Source of the DNA: Craspedostauros australis
Lineage: Eukaryota
DNA length: 20,000 bases
Assembly: GCA_030167865.1 (NCBI GenBank)
Contig: JALAGF010005825.1
Coordinates: 51,679-71,678 of the forward strand
Direction: 5' to 3'
Shown one piece after another: positions 1 through 9,578 of the stretch. The notes beneath the pieces are model-generated. The model was not told the DNA's origin. It ran no database searches and saw nothing but the letters and a program-made list of their open reading frames with translations. Within the stretch, counting starts at the first letter, position 1. Each line of letters opens with the position of its first letter. Made by a program: the position numbers and the translations under genes.

Positions 1-559
1 CTCAGGGATTGTGTTCCTTTCTCTCTTGGATTGTGGGTGCCTTTCGCTTCAGTTGTTGATGTGTTTTCCTCTCTCTCTGTTTTGTGTTCTTTGTTGTTCT
101 TTCAAGAGAGGTGTCTGACGAACGGAACAGTCAAGGACGATGCAGCATGCCAGCTCAACAGACGCGACGCTAACTGCCCCACATGTCCTTTTTTGCGTTC
201 GGATTCCACGACATCGTGGAAGAGTACTCCAACTGTACGCACGCACGTATTGACTGACAGACGGGAGGCATCAAGCAACGTGGCTTCATGATTGGACTCG
301 GTCGATTCATCAACCCGGAATGAAGAAATCCCTGGAGAGAGCAATCTATGTTGTGGGAGACAAGCCAGGCAGAGTACCACGCAGTCCGCGTCCAATGTAC
401 GTATGGAATCATTACATGTTATTGTTTCTACTAATACGCAATCGCACCACAACATCCAACGCTCCTCTGCGATTATACAGCCGTCTTCGATGATATCCTG
501 CACTGGACGGGTATCCCTTCTCCCCCGTGCCAAACCATGGCATGGCATTCGATGTCGGC

Positions 560-1459
560 CTACACCTTCATCGTTGCCAAAGCAACCAGCACAGAAATGT
601 GCAATGACACATCGTACCATTGGTGCCCACCCTTGGAGAGGAGGAAATCGTCGCATCTTGCATACTCCAGAAGCGACACGACGATTGGGAAGATGAAGGA
701 GTATCCCAACGAAGCCGTCACCTTCTCCGGATGGGGGATCAACCACCCCGTCAACGAGACGGCGAATTGGGACAGCATGAAGAAGATGGCGACGCCCTGA
801 TCTTTGACGGAGATGACGTAGGTGATGACCGTCAGAGCCACGGCCAAACCAAGCGCGATGGTGTTGCCGATCTTGGGAATTTGCGGGAGGCAGCTCATGC
901 TGAAGACGTCGATCGCCATGAGGACGAAGATGAAGATCAGGTAGGGGAGGTCACCGCCGCTGCTGTCGAGATCCAGTTTGCAGTCGCTGATGGAGAATTT
1001 TAGATGCAGGGCGCCGTGGCCGATGATGATGCCAGCGAAGAGGATCGAATGGATGCAGAGGTTCTTGCCGAGCGGGGAAGCGCAAAGGCCCGTGAAGGGA
1101 AGTCCGAGCGCCATGAACATGAACATCAGGTCGAAGTCGAAGGCAAACTGATGGGAGTTGCCCAGCTTGTGGCTGCAGAACTTGTTGGAAGGATCCGTGA
1201 TGTCGAGGCCGGTGACGCAGAATCCGTGCATGTAGTATTCATTCTTCTCCGCAACGCCGGACTCGTAGAGGTAGAGGTAGGAGTAGACGCTGGAGAGAAT
1301 AGAGCAGATGATCCATGGCAGGGTCTTCCAGGTGAATCTCGATTTCAGCCAATCGTATGATCTGTTGCGAACCCAATCATCAACCAAATCAATGAGGCTC
1401 CGATCGGATCCGGTCGACGATCCCTTTACGTCGATGAGGGGCTTGGATTGATCTGTCAT
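560..1459 (-). CDS. Polytopic (~7 TM) membrane protein of unknown function with conserved His motifs, paralog A, 299 aa
   Basis: Lies within ORF 560..1594. The ATG at 1459 (MTDQSK) follows a CAA-repeat leader and is the likelier start. It has several hydrophobic helices and the motifs NSHQFAFDFD, GHGALH and GGHQWYDxxLH. It is colinear with and highly similar to 2354..3307, which supports coding status. Confidence 0.88.
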   Translation of the reverse strand: MTDQSKPLIDVKGSSTGSDRSLIDLVDDWVRNRSYDWLKSRFTWKTLPWIICSILSSVYSYLYLYESGVAEKNEYYMHGFCVTGLDITDPSNKFCSHKLGNSHQFAFDFDLMFMFMALGLPFTGLCASPLGKNLCIHSILFAGIIIGHGALHLKFSISDCKLDLDSSGGDLPYLIFIFVLMAIDVFSMSCLPQIPKIGNTIALGLAVALTVITYVISVKDQGVAIFFMLSQFAVSLTGWLIPHPEKVTASLGYSFIFPIVVSLLEYARCDDFLLSKGGHQWYDVSLHISVLVALATMKV

Positions 1460-2333
1460 GGTGTTTGTTGCTAATGTTGTTGTTGTTGTTGTTGCTGAAT
1501 GTGCTTGAGAGGTGTGGTGGATGGTGGCTGTGTTTGCTCTGTTTACTCTGTTCCAGTTCGTTGTTCTTTTCTGTGGGTGTGGGTGGGGCATCATTCAAAT
1601 GAGGTGGAGTGAGCGGTTTGATCTCGCAGCCATCACAACGCCGAACATGCATCACATCAGACGTTTTGTTGCAACACACAGTGCCAACGCATGATACGCG
1701 CAACCACATCGACAGACCAACCTTACCGAAAGGACGAGGGATCAGGGTGGAGGCGCTCACTTGGATAGAGCCGTAATGGTGTCGTCTGGTATGCTGCTTT
1801 GGCTGTGGTGGAAAGTGTGGTGGCGAACTATGGCCATTGTGCAATGACGATGGAAGGATTTGCTCAGTCGAACAAAAATGAGGATGGCCACTGCCTCTGT
1901 GCAGTCCCATTCCTCGCACATGCGTACTTCTGCTCTCTCGCGCGCAAAGGGGCAGTTCGGGTCGATCAAGACGAAGTTCCGTCAAAGACATCACATTGTT
2001 ATCGTTTGGCCGGAAATGTTGGAAAATGTGTCATCTAGAGGAGGTGCGGTGGAGTATGTATTGATCACCATTGTCCAACCTGTGTCAACCCAAAGATACG
2101 GCAGTCGCTTTGCGCATGTATGACACGGACATCAACACCCAAATCGTCCCATTCTCTCCCTGCCAATGACAAAGTGGACGACTCGCTGGAGAAGCAAGTC
2201 GAAGTTGAGTTTGGTTTGCATTGGTTTATACTCTTACTGTTTGTTATACTACGTGTGTGCGTTGCGCGTTGTGCATTGCATTCGATACTCTCCCGACAGA
2301 ACAGCTCGTTGGCGCGGCATGTTTGCGAGCATG

Positions 2334-2355
2334 CTCTCTCTCTCTCTCTCTCTCT
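2334..2355. repeat. (CT)11 microsatellite abutting and overlapping the stop codon of paralog B
   Basis: The run ctctctctctctctctctctct is read directly from the sequence. The TAG on the minus strand is at 2356-2354. Confidence 0.95.
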
Positions 2356-3307
2356 ATGGGACAGTCATGGTTCCCAAAGAAATCAACAACGAAATGTGCA
2401 ACGCCACATCGTACCACTGATGCCCTCCCTTGCTGAGGAGGAACTCGTCGCACCTCACAAATTCGAAGAGCGAGACGACGATCGGGAAGATGAAGGCGTA
2501 TCCCAAGGGAACGGTCACCTTCTTGCTGTTGGGGATGAGCCATCCCGTGAAGGAGACGACGAACTGGGACAGCATGAAGAAGATGGCGACGCCCTGGTCC
2601 TGGACGGAGATGACGTAGGTGATGGCCGTCAAGATCACGGCCAACGCAAGCGCAATGATGTTGCCGTACTTGGGGATGAGCGGAAGCCAACTGAAGCCGA
2701 AGACATCGATCAACATGAGAACGAAGATGAAGATGAGGTAGAAGAGGTCGCTGTTGCCGCCGTCGTCACCGGTATCCAGGTTGCAGTCGTTGACAGAGAA
2801 GGTCAAATGGAGCGCACCATGGCCGATGATGATAACAGCGAAGATGACTGCTTGGACGCAGAGGCTCGAGCTGAACGGAGAGGCGCAGAGGCCGGTGAAT
2901 GGAAGTCCGAGCGCCATGAACATGAACATGAGGTCGAAGTCGAAGGCGAACTGATGAGAGTTGCCCAACTTTTGGCTGCAGAACTTGTTGGAGGGATCGG
3001 TGACGTTGAGGCCGGTGACGCAGAATCCTTGCATGTAGTACTCATTCTCCTCCGAGACGCCGGCATCGTAGAGATAGAGGTAAAAGTAGATGGCTGAGAG
3101 GATGGAGCAGATGATCCATGGCAGGGTTTCCAAGCTGAATCTCGATCTCAGCCAGATCTTGAACAAGTCACAGATGAGCTTCCGTTCTGCTGCTTCTATG
3201 AGCTCTTGACTGTGGAATTTCTCTCCTACCGCCAGCTTAGCGATATCGACCGCAATGTCGGGGTTCGATTCGACCGTATTGATGAGGCTGTCTGATTCAG
3301 ATGCCAT
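2354..3307 (-). CDS. Polytopic (~7 TM) membrane protein of unknown function with conserved His motifs, paralog B, 317 aa
   Basis: Intact ATG-to-TAG ORF. The core from WLRSRF to the C-terminus aligns with paralog A with only a 2-residue indel, about 70-75% identity by eye, with many synonymous third-position differences. Confidence 0.92.
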   Translation of the reverse strand: MASESDSLINTVESNPDIAVDIAKLAVGEKFHSQELIEAAERKLICDLFKIWLRSRFSLETLPWIICSILSAIYFYLYLYDAGVSEENEYYMQGFCVTGLNVTDPSNKFCSQKLGNSHQFAFDFDLMFMFMALGLPFTGLCASPFSSSLCVQAVIFAVIIIGHGALHLTFSVNDCNLDTGDDGGNSDLFYLIFIFVLMLIDVFGFSWLPLIPKYGNIIALALAVILTAITYVISVQDQGVAIFFMLSQFVVSFTGWLIPNSKKVTVPLGYAFIFPIVVSLFEFVRCDEFLLSKGGHQWYDVALHISLLISLGTMTVP

Positions 3308-3663
3308 GATGAAGTCTTGATTTTCGTGTTTGGTTTGACTTGTATGGAATGGTGCGCCCTTGATGTGCTTGCGTGCGGTTGTGATTTTGCTCGCTTTTGT
3401 TTTTTATGAGTGTGCAGATGGAGTGAAAATGAAGTGAAGGCCGATGAAAATGAAAGATGCAAGTAGATACCTGGGATGATGGCCATTCCGTGTCACACTC
3501 GCACACAACAACAGCGGACATCACCGCACGGAGTCGGAAGTGCCGAACTTGAGCTGCCGACCAGGCCAGTACGTATGGTGCCCTTCCTTCACAGAACTTG
3601 TCGTGGAACGTACATACATTTAGTAGCACTTCCATAATTCTGTGTTGGTCTCCCTCGTTGGGT

Positions 3664-3730
3664 TCGTCGTTTTCGTCGTCGTCACCATCATCATCATCAC
3701 TTCTGTCGTTGTCGTTGTCGTTGTCGTTGC
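3664..3730. repeat. Imperfect trinucleotide low-complexity tract (GTC/CAT/GTT)
   Basis: tcgtcgttttcgtcgtcgtcaccatcatcatcatcacttctgtcgttgtcgttgtcgttgtcgttgc. Confidence 0.75.
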
Positions 3731-4153
3731 CGATGCTTGATGCCTCATTTCTGCATGCGGTCTGAGATCGGCGATACTGGTCAGGGTCGAAACAAAGATA
3801 CGCGGCCACATCCAAGGATCGAAGCAGAAGAAGATGCTTCCGATCCAGATAAATGCGAAGGATACGACCTCAACTCAATAAATCTCAATGCGTTTGGTGA
3901 AGCAGCTGGATGCACTTTGGCAGACAGGTGTCAATAAATGCGAAGCGTCCATTCACTTCATTTTTCTCCAACATGCGAAGTATCCATCATTCACGATTGC
4001 GTTGGTCGAAGTTTGGAATGACTGCATTGATTCGTGTGATCAACTCCGAAGCGGTCGAATGGGTCGGAAAACTGACGAGTCAGAGTTCTTCGCCACGTTT
4101 TACAATCCGTGTTACAACCAATCAAAGTAGTGCACGCACACAACACGAGGCAG

Positions 4154-4161
4154 TGACGTCA
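4154..4161. promoter_or_regulatory. Perfect TGACGTCA palindrome (bZIP/CRE-type site) in the divergent promoter region
   Basis: The 8-mer sits about 360 bp upstream of the ATG at 4520, at the start of the CA-rich leader. TGACGT cores are known diatom bZIP/aureochrome and CO2/cAMP-responsive elements. An 8-mer can occur by chance in 20 kb. Confidence 0.3.
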
Positions 4162-4229
4162 AACACCAGAAACAAACCAAAACGACGACCAAATTCCGAC
4201 AAGTTCGTGTTCGTCAGTTTGCAGAAAAA

Positions 4230-4519
4230 ATGAACTTTCTTCCAACCAACACAAAGACCACAGAACACAACACCACCTCAACACTCGCAACAACCCACAA
4301 AACGACCTCCGCCTCCAACTCTCATCCCACATTCCAATTCACAACTTCGTCTACATCTACACCTCCACCTGCAACAACAACGCCACCACCACCACCATCA
4401 CCATCATCATCATTACCACAAAGAACAAAGACCAACGAATCGAAGTCCTCACCAACAGCGCCACACACAACACAGAAAGAGACCATCAGTCAATAACAGC
4501 GACAACAACAACAACGACA
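4230..4519 (+). other. C/A-rich low-complexity leader (probable core promoter/5' UTR) of the lumen-protein gene
   Basis: Almost G-free CAA/CCA/ACA runs ending in acaacaacaacaacgaca ATG. The same composition precedes other genes in the window. Confidence 0.6.
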
Positions 4520-5116
4520 ATGACGAAATCAACGACCTTCGCGTTCCTCTGCGCCTTGCTGATTGCCAGCGCCGCTGCTTTCTCCACTCCAACCACACAG
4601 ACCACAGGACGCAGCGCAACCATGCTGTCAGCACTGAGCAACAACAACAACGACAGTGCTGACGACCAAACCCTGCTGAGCCGCAGAAAGGCCCTGTTCG
4701 GCATGGCCGCCGCCGCGTTCGCCGCACCGCAGGCAGCCAACGCCAAGTACTCCGACTACAGCCGCAGAGAGAAGGATTGGCAGGAACGCAAGGAAAATGG
4801 CGAAGTGCAGTACTCGTCGGCGCGCGACCTGAAGGCCCAGCTGGCGCAGATCGCACCCATGAACACGGAGAGCTCCCGCATCTTCTGTCCCAACGGACCG
4901 TCGGCCGCCGTGTCGCCGCTGATGGAGAACAAGTGCGGCGATCGTTTGGCCACACCCTCCGTCTTTGGCCGTCAAGATGATATCGTGGGCAACTCCATTC
5001 CAGGATTCTCGTCCGGTAAGGGGTACCTGCCGGATGAAGGTACCACCACGATCGCCTCCATGTCGGGCGGATTCCCGAGCTACAAGACCAACGAGTACAG
5101 CATCAAGATGAGATAA
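4520..5116 (+). CDS. Nucleus-encoded plastid thylakoid-lumen protein of unknown function, 198 aa precursor, about 123 aa mature
   Basis: Signal peptide MTKSTTFAFLCALLIASAAA with Phe at +1 (ASAAA|FSTP, ASAFAP-type), then a Ser/Thr-rich transit peptide, then a twin-arginine signal SRRKALFGMAAAAFAAPQAANA|K with an AxA cleavage site. Codons are strongly C/G-ending. Confidence 0.92.
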   Translation: MTKSTTFAFLCALLIASAAAFSTPTTQTTGRSATMLSALSNNNNDSADDQTLLSRRKALFGMAAAAFAAPQAANAKYSDYSRREKDWQERKENGEVQYSSARDLKAQLAQIAPMNTESSRIFCPNGPSAAVSPLMENKCGDRLATPSVFGRQDDIVGNSIPGFSSGKGYLPDEGTTTIASMSGGFPSYKTNEYSIKMR

Positions 5117-6740
5117 TTGCATTGCTCGTACTCTAGTCCGCAGTTCGCCTGTTCCTCTTTCTGTGGCCTCTCTCCAGCCATCATGGAATTTGAGGCAGCA
5201 GCAACAACGGCTGCCAAAAGGAGCTCCTGCCAACACAAAACTCAGCTCTACGGGAACGCCTGGGTGCCAAATGCTCTGCCACATCGGATGCACGAGATTC
5301 CTTCGTCGTCAACTTCAGACAACATGGGGACAGTAACCAAAGAGTCGTAAGCCATGACTGCAACTTCATTTTGGGAGCATTAAGCAAACAGGACGGAAGA
5401 GGACAGAGGATGAGTAGAACAGAGCAGCGTGGAGTAGGCCAACCGAATTGACGCGATAGCCATCTTTTTGTTTCAGAACATCGTACCTTGAGTACTTGTC
5501 CTCCTGCCCACACATCTCTGCCGGTCTGAGAACGATGTTGGTATGGTATCTTGGCTTCATCGACGACGACTGGAAACACGAATGGTCGTCGTCATTCCTT
5601 CGATGCGGTTCTTCTTTGCAAATGGTGTTGAACGGGTGTTGACTGTTTGTTGCGAAAGTGTATGTATGCCTGATGTTCGGTATTCCTTCCCAAAGCAAAC
5701 ATACAAGTAGCAAACATACAAACTCTGCTCCGCTTCGTCATCAAGTGGGACAACATACACTATTCTAGTGACGTCTTCAACGTAAATTTAACGCCCATTT
5801 CTAACCAAAGGATGACTTGTCCCTGTCCATCGCGCAAGTGAAGCCGTTGGACGCGAACGAATGACTCCAATTTGTCAAGTCGCTTCCCCTTTCCGCCACC
5901 CACACGGTCCAAACGCTCACAAATCAGGTTCCGAATGAAAAAAGCCAAACACGCAAACAACGAAGTGCACAAACGCGTTCGGACACAAACACAGAGTTCG
6001 TTGCATCCCATCCACGGCATCAAGCCACTTCGATGCGACTCCACGACTCCGAACAGCATCATCGAAGACAAGAGGGGCCATGGCACAAGAGACACCTTCC
6101 GAATTGGTCTGTTGAGATGGATCGCAGTTAATCTGCGTCCGACGATGCTGACGCTGACGACCACTCTACGATTCTGCGCATGGTCGCAGCGACTTTCAGA
6201 GAACAGAGAGATCGAGTCGTGTGGCTGCACGTCAGTATCGTCGAGGCAGTTGTCCATGGATGCCGATGCGGATCGCCAGCATGACCGTTCCTTCTCTCCT
6301 CGCGCATGGACCTTCCGATTCACGACACGGCTCGGAAGATGAAGAAGTCCTGTTGGGAGAGACGTGTTGGAGTGGGCGCACTCCGCAGAAAATGGAATGG
6401 AGGTCATCCAGGAAAAAAGGAATGAGATGGACACATCAGCCCAAAGCCACGAGCTCTGTTGGTGCACGCACTCGTACTCATGTTCGCAGGGATACAGACT
6501 GCGCACAATCTCGCACCATCCATCGACTCCGCTACACTCAAGCCGCCTAATTATCGGCTCGTTTTCGCACATTGAGTATGCTCTCCGGCTGAGACTGCTA
6601 CAGACAGGAGGAGAGATTGGGAACTCTCACAAGGAACGACGAGCCAATAACGCAAGGAGTGGTCCTTGCGCAACCGTGGTTCAGCTCAGCTCAGCGCAAA
6701 GCATCCATTCATCAGAACAGAGCACAGCACGGTATCCACC

Positions 6741-9348
6741 ATGGCGAGACTCCGACTGGTCTCTCTTTGCGTCGCGCTTGCCGCATGCACCGTTGTTCGC
6801 GCAGCCACAAGCAATCAGGAAAGCAGGAACCGGAGCAGCAGAACAAATGACGGTCGATCGTCGCATCATGCCAATCGTCCGCACGTTGCGCCAAATGATG
6901 GTCGCGCCAACGAAAGCAGCAACAAATACTATCATGACGACAACAACAACAACAACCTGCAGGAGACATCCCGCAGCCAATTCGGAATCATAGACTTTCG
7001 CGATCTGCTTCTGCCGCCAGATCAAGCCAGATCATTGGGCGGTTCGGGCGATGCGCCCTACGGCGATGCCTTCTCATCGATGCTCTTTCCTGCGATTCTG
7101 GACGAGTTCCTGTCGGTGGAGCCATTCAACTCGCGCATCATCGTGCCGCTGACGGCCGACCAATCGGGACAGGCGGGCACAGTCGTGCTTCCGGATGTGG
7201 CCGACTTCGAATTGCCAAAGACGAATGACGACTTGGAATGGCTGACGGACGACGTCCGGCTGAAGGTTTCCAACCTGGAGATCAGCAACCTGGACACGGT
7301 GACGCAGCTCACGCCGCTGCAGGCCAAAGGACCCGACCGTCTCTTCAACAGGATCGTGATGGGATCATCGGCGTCGCCGCCGACCGTGACGTTCGACATC
7401 TCCGTCTTCGTTGGATCATCGGAATCCTCATCACCGATCTTCATGAACAACACCCTGCAGGTCATCATCACAGTCCCCACGATCGCCATCGAGTTCGACC
7501 TCATCACGAGCATCCGAGAATGGGATGTCATGAACATCCCGCTGCGCGATGCTTCCAACGTCTACTGCTGGATATCCTCCATCGAGAGGTCGCAACTGAC
7601 CGGCCTCGATCTGCAGAACCTGGTCGTCACCATGCCAGCCGGTTGGTCCATCGACCTCAAATGTCCATCCTGCACGTCCACAATCTCGGGAACTGCCTTG
7701 GAGCAAATGTTCGGCATCACGCTGAAGGCGCTGGGCTTTCCCACCACCTTCGCACCACGTATCGAGACTCTCATCGAGGAGAGCATCTTGGGGTACTGGA
7801 AATCTGTCAACTCGGATGAATTCTTTGAACGTGCACCCAAGCTCTGTCCGCATCGCGAGGAGTACGAAGGCGATGCAGTGCTTCCCACATCGTCGTCTTC
7901 CGCATTTGATGTCCTCACCGAGTCGTTGGCGCAAGTTCCGTTCCCGGATGCATCGAGGTACACAGTGGAGACCTTGCTCGGAGGCATCCTCATTTGGTTC
8001 CAAGTTGCCATGATCGCCGTGCTGCGTGGACAGGCAGAGCAGATGGTGATGGGAAACATCGATGAAAGCAATCGCAATCTCCTTGCGCTGGCTGAAGACT
8101 CGCAAACGCTGTCCGCCGTCAATGATTACGTGGATTGGACCGATCTGGAAGACTCCGTCGGTCGGTGGTCGTCGTTGGGGTTGCGTGAGCTCCAGAAGTA
8201 CTTGAAGTCCCCTTCCACCGTCATGGAGCTTCTTCAAGAAATCGAGGTGCTGGATGAGGATGGAGTGCTGGACGTCACGGTGCAGCAGGATACCATCGAC
8301 ACCGGCATCGGCTTCAACATGACGTTGGCCAACCTGCGTGTGCACGGCCTGGAATCCATCGAGTTTCGCAGCATCTTGGATCCTGTCGGACCCACCACCC
8401 TGTCAACGATCGCTCACTTGGACAAGCTTGGGTTGGACTTGGTATTTGGCGTGGAAATGAATTCGGACGGCGCCATGAACGGAACTGCATCGCAGGAAAC
8501 CAAGCTGGAGTACATATTCCGCGACGTGGAGATTGGCTTCAACACGTCCATCGTGCTTGAGCGTGACAGGCTTTGGGACATGCAGATCTCCTCCATCGCG
8601 TTGCTGGATTCCATCCTGCCTTGCACGCTGCAAGGGTTGTCCAAGCTCGAAATCTCACGACTATCGATGCAGAGCAACGATGTGGTCGGTCCGCAGCTGG
8701 TGAGCGCATTCCTCGATAACGACTTCCAACAACAGCTGGTAGGCATGTCATCGGCATTGATGGACATGTACAAGGCGGATGCATTGATCGCACAGCAGGC
8801 CGTCGTCGATGACATCGTCAAGGATGTGCTGAATGCCTTCATCGCACAGCAAATCAAACTGCAACAACGCGAAACCGACTGCGAAGTGCTGGATCTCAAC
8901 GCTGCAACGCAGACGCCGATGGTTGACTTTCGGGATCTTCTGCTCGATGCCGAGGTCGCCATCGCGAGCGGCGGCACGGGATCGTCGCAGTACGGTGACT
9001 TGTTTCGTCGGTTGTACAGCACCGTGTACGATACGTTGGATGGAGACGATGTTAACACAGTCGTGGCCAAGGCCACGGAGAAAGAATCAGGAACGCCCGG
9101 AGTCCTGGAATGGCCTGTCACGGTGATGGACCGGGCAGTGAGCATCACGCTGGCTGGTCTCGAGGCCATCATGGCGGTGAAGATCTCCGATGTGACGGTG
9201 ATGAATTTGGACAGCGTGGGCAGTCCGTTCGTGATCTCGCGGCCGATCGATGGTGAAGGCCAGGGCTTGAACACCTCGTTCACGTTCGGAACGGACGGGC
9301 GTCCCCTGATGGTGGTTAGCGAAGTCGAGCTATCCATCAGTGATGGAG
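6741..9348 (+). CDS. Exon 1 of a ~1763 aa secretory-pathway membrane protein with repeated ~290-aa domains and a C-terminal PqiA/LetA-like region
   Basis: Lies within ORF 6666..9359. The ATG at 6741 starts a signal peptide (MARLRLVSLCVALAACTVVRA). The exon ends at a consensus donor GAG|GTGAGT (9348|9349), phase 1. Confidence 0.88.
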
Positions 9349-9578
9349 GTGAGTGTTGACAGTGTTGTTCGTGTTGCGGCTAGCATTGTGTTTGAAGTGT
9401 GGTCGATGGTTGTTGGCACCCTCATTTCTTGTGATGTGCAGTCGATGCTATCCACCAACTCAAATCCTGTCCACTCTTGCATTCGTCCTTCGCGTAATGT
9501 CACGGCTGTCAACGGCTGTCACCACTACCTTCCCTTCACCAATGTACGTACTCCACTTGAATCCAACGAATGCGGTAG
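9349..9578 (+). other. Spliceosomal GT-AG intron, 230 bp, phase 1
   Basis: GTGAGT at 9349 and TAG ending at 9578. Splicing gives G+AC = Asp and joins the two long ORFs in frame (SISDG-D-SINIQNTL). The junction matches the equivalent segment of the first repeat copy (SPIFMNNTL). Confidence 0.82.

Noticed and set aside
265..277. 13-bp match GAGGCATCAAGCA with an inverted copy near 3734-3746, flanking the paralog pair
   Set aside because: The match is too short and does not extend, and there is no target-site duplication or transposase. It is compatible with chance.
1460..1594. 45-aa N-terminal extension of paralog A in the ORF track
   Set aside because: It translates a CAA-repeat leader (poly-Thr) and has no counterpart in paralog B, so it is more likely 5' UTR.
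620..3097. Plus-strand ORFs 620..1003, 1004..1360 and 2120..3097 that resemble each other (acidic, His/Glu-rich)
   Set aside because: They are antisense shadows of the two minus-strand paralogs, and their mutual similarity is inherited from those genes.
3297..3815. 172-aa minus-strand ORF with an acidic ND/D tract upstream of paralog B
   Set aside because: It has a non-ATG start, the acidic tract comes from a trinucleotide repeat, and its 3' part runs through the probable leader of paralog B. No motif supports it.
4230..4496. 88-aa Thr/Pro/Ser-rich ORF that looks mucin-like
   Set aside because: It is a by-product of the C/A-rich leader and has no signal peptide or coding-type codon usage.
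5117..6600. Several 60-270 aa ORFs on both strands, including 5760..6572 (minus) and 5872..6342 (plus)
   Set aside because: They have no recognisable motifs, lack the C/G third-position bias of the real genes, and have frequent stops in the candidate frames. An eroded gene cannot be excluded but is unsupported.
7058..9337. Long minus-strand ORFs (for example 7431..8345 and 8414..9337), and likewise 16460..17416 (minus) and 17835..18614 (plus)
   Set aside because: They are antisense shadow ORFs caused by the codon bias of the genes on the opposite strand.
9353..9578. N-terminal 75 aa of the 969-aa ORF treated as a separate gene with its own signal peptide
   Set aside because: The start is non-ATG and the segment lies within a phase-compatible GT-AG intron. 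The repeat homology continues across the splice junction.
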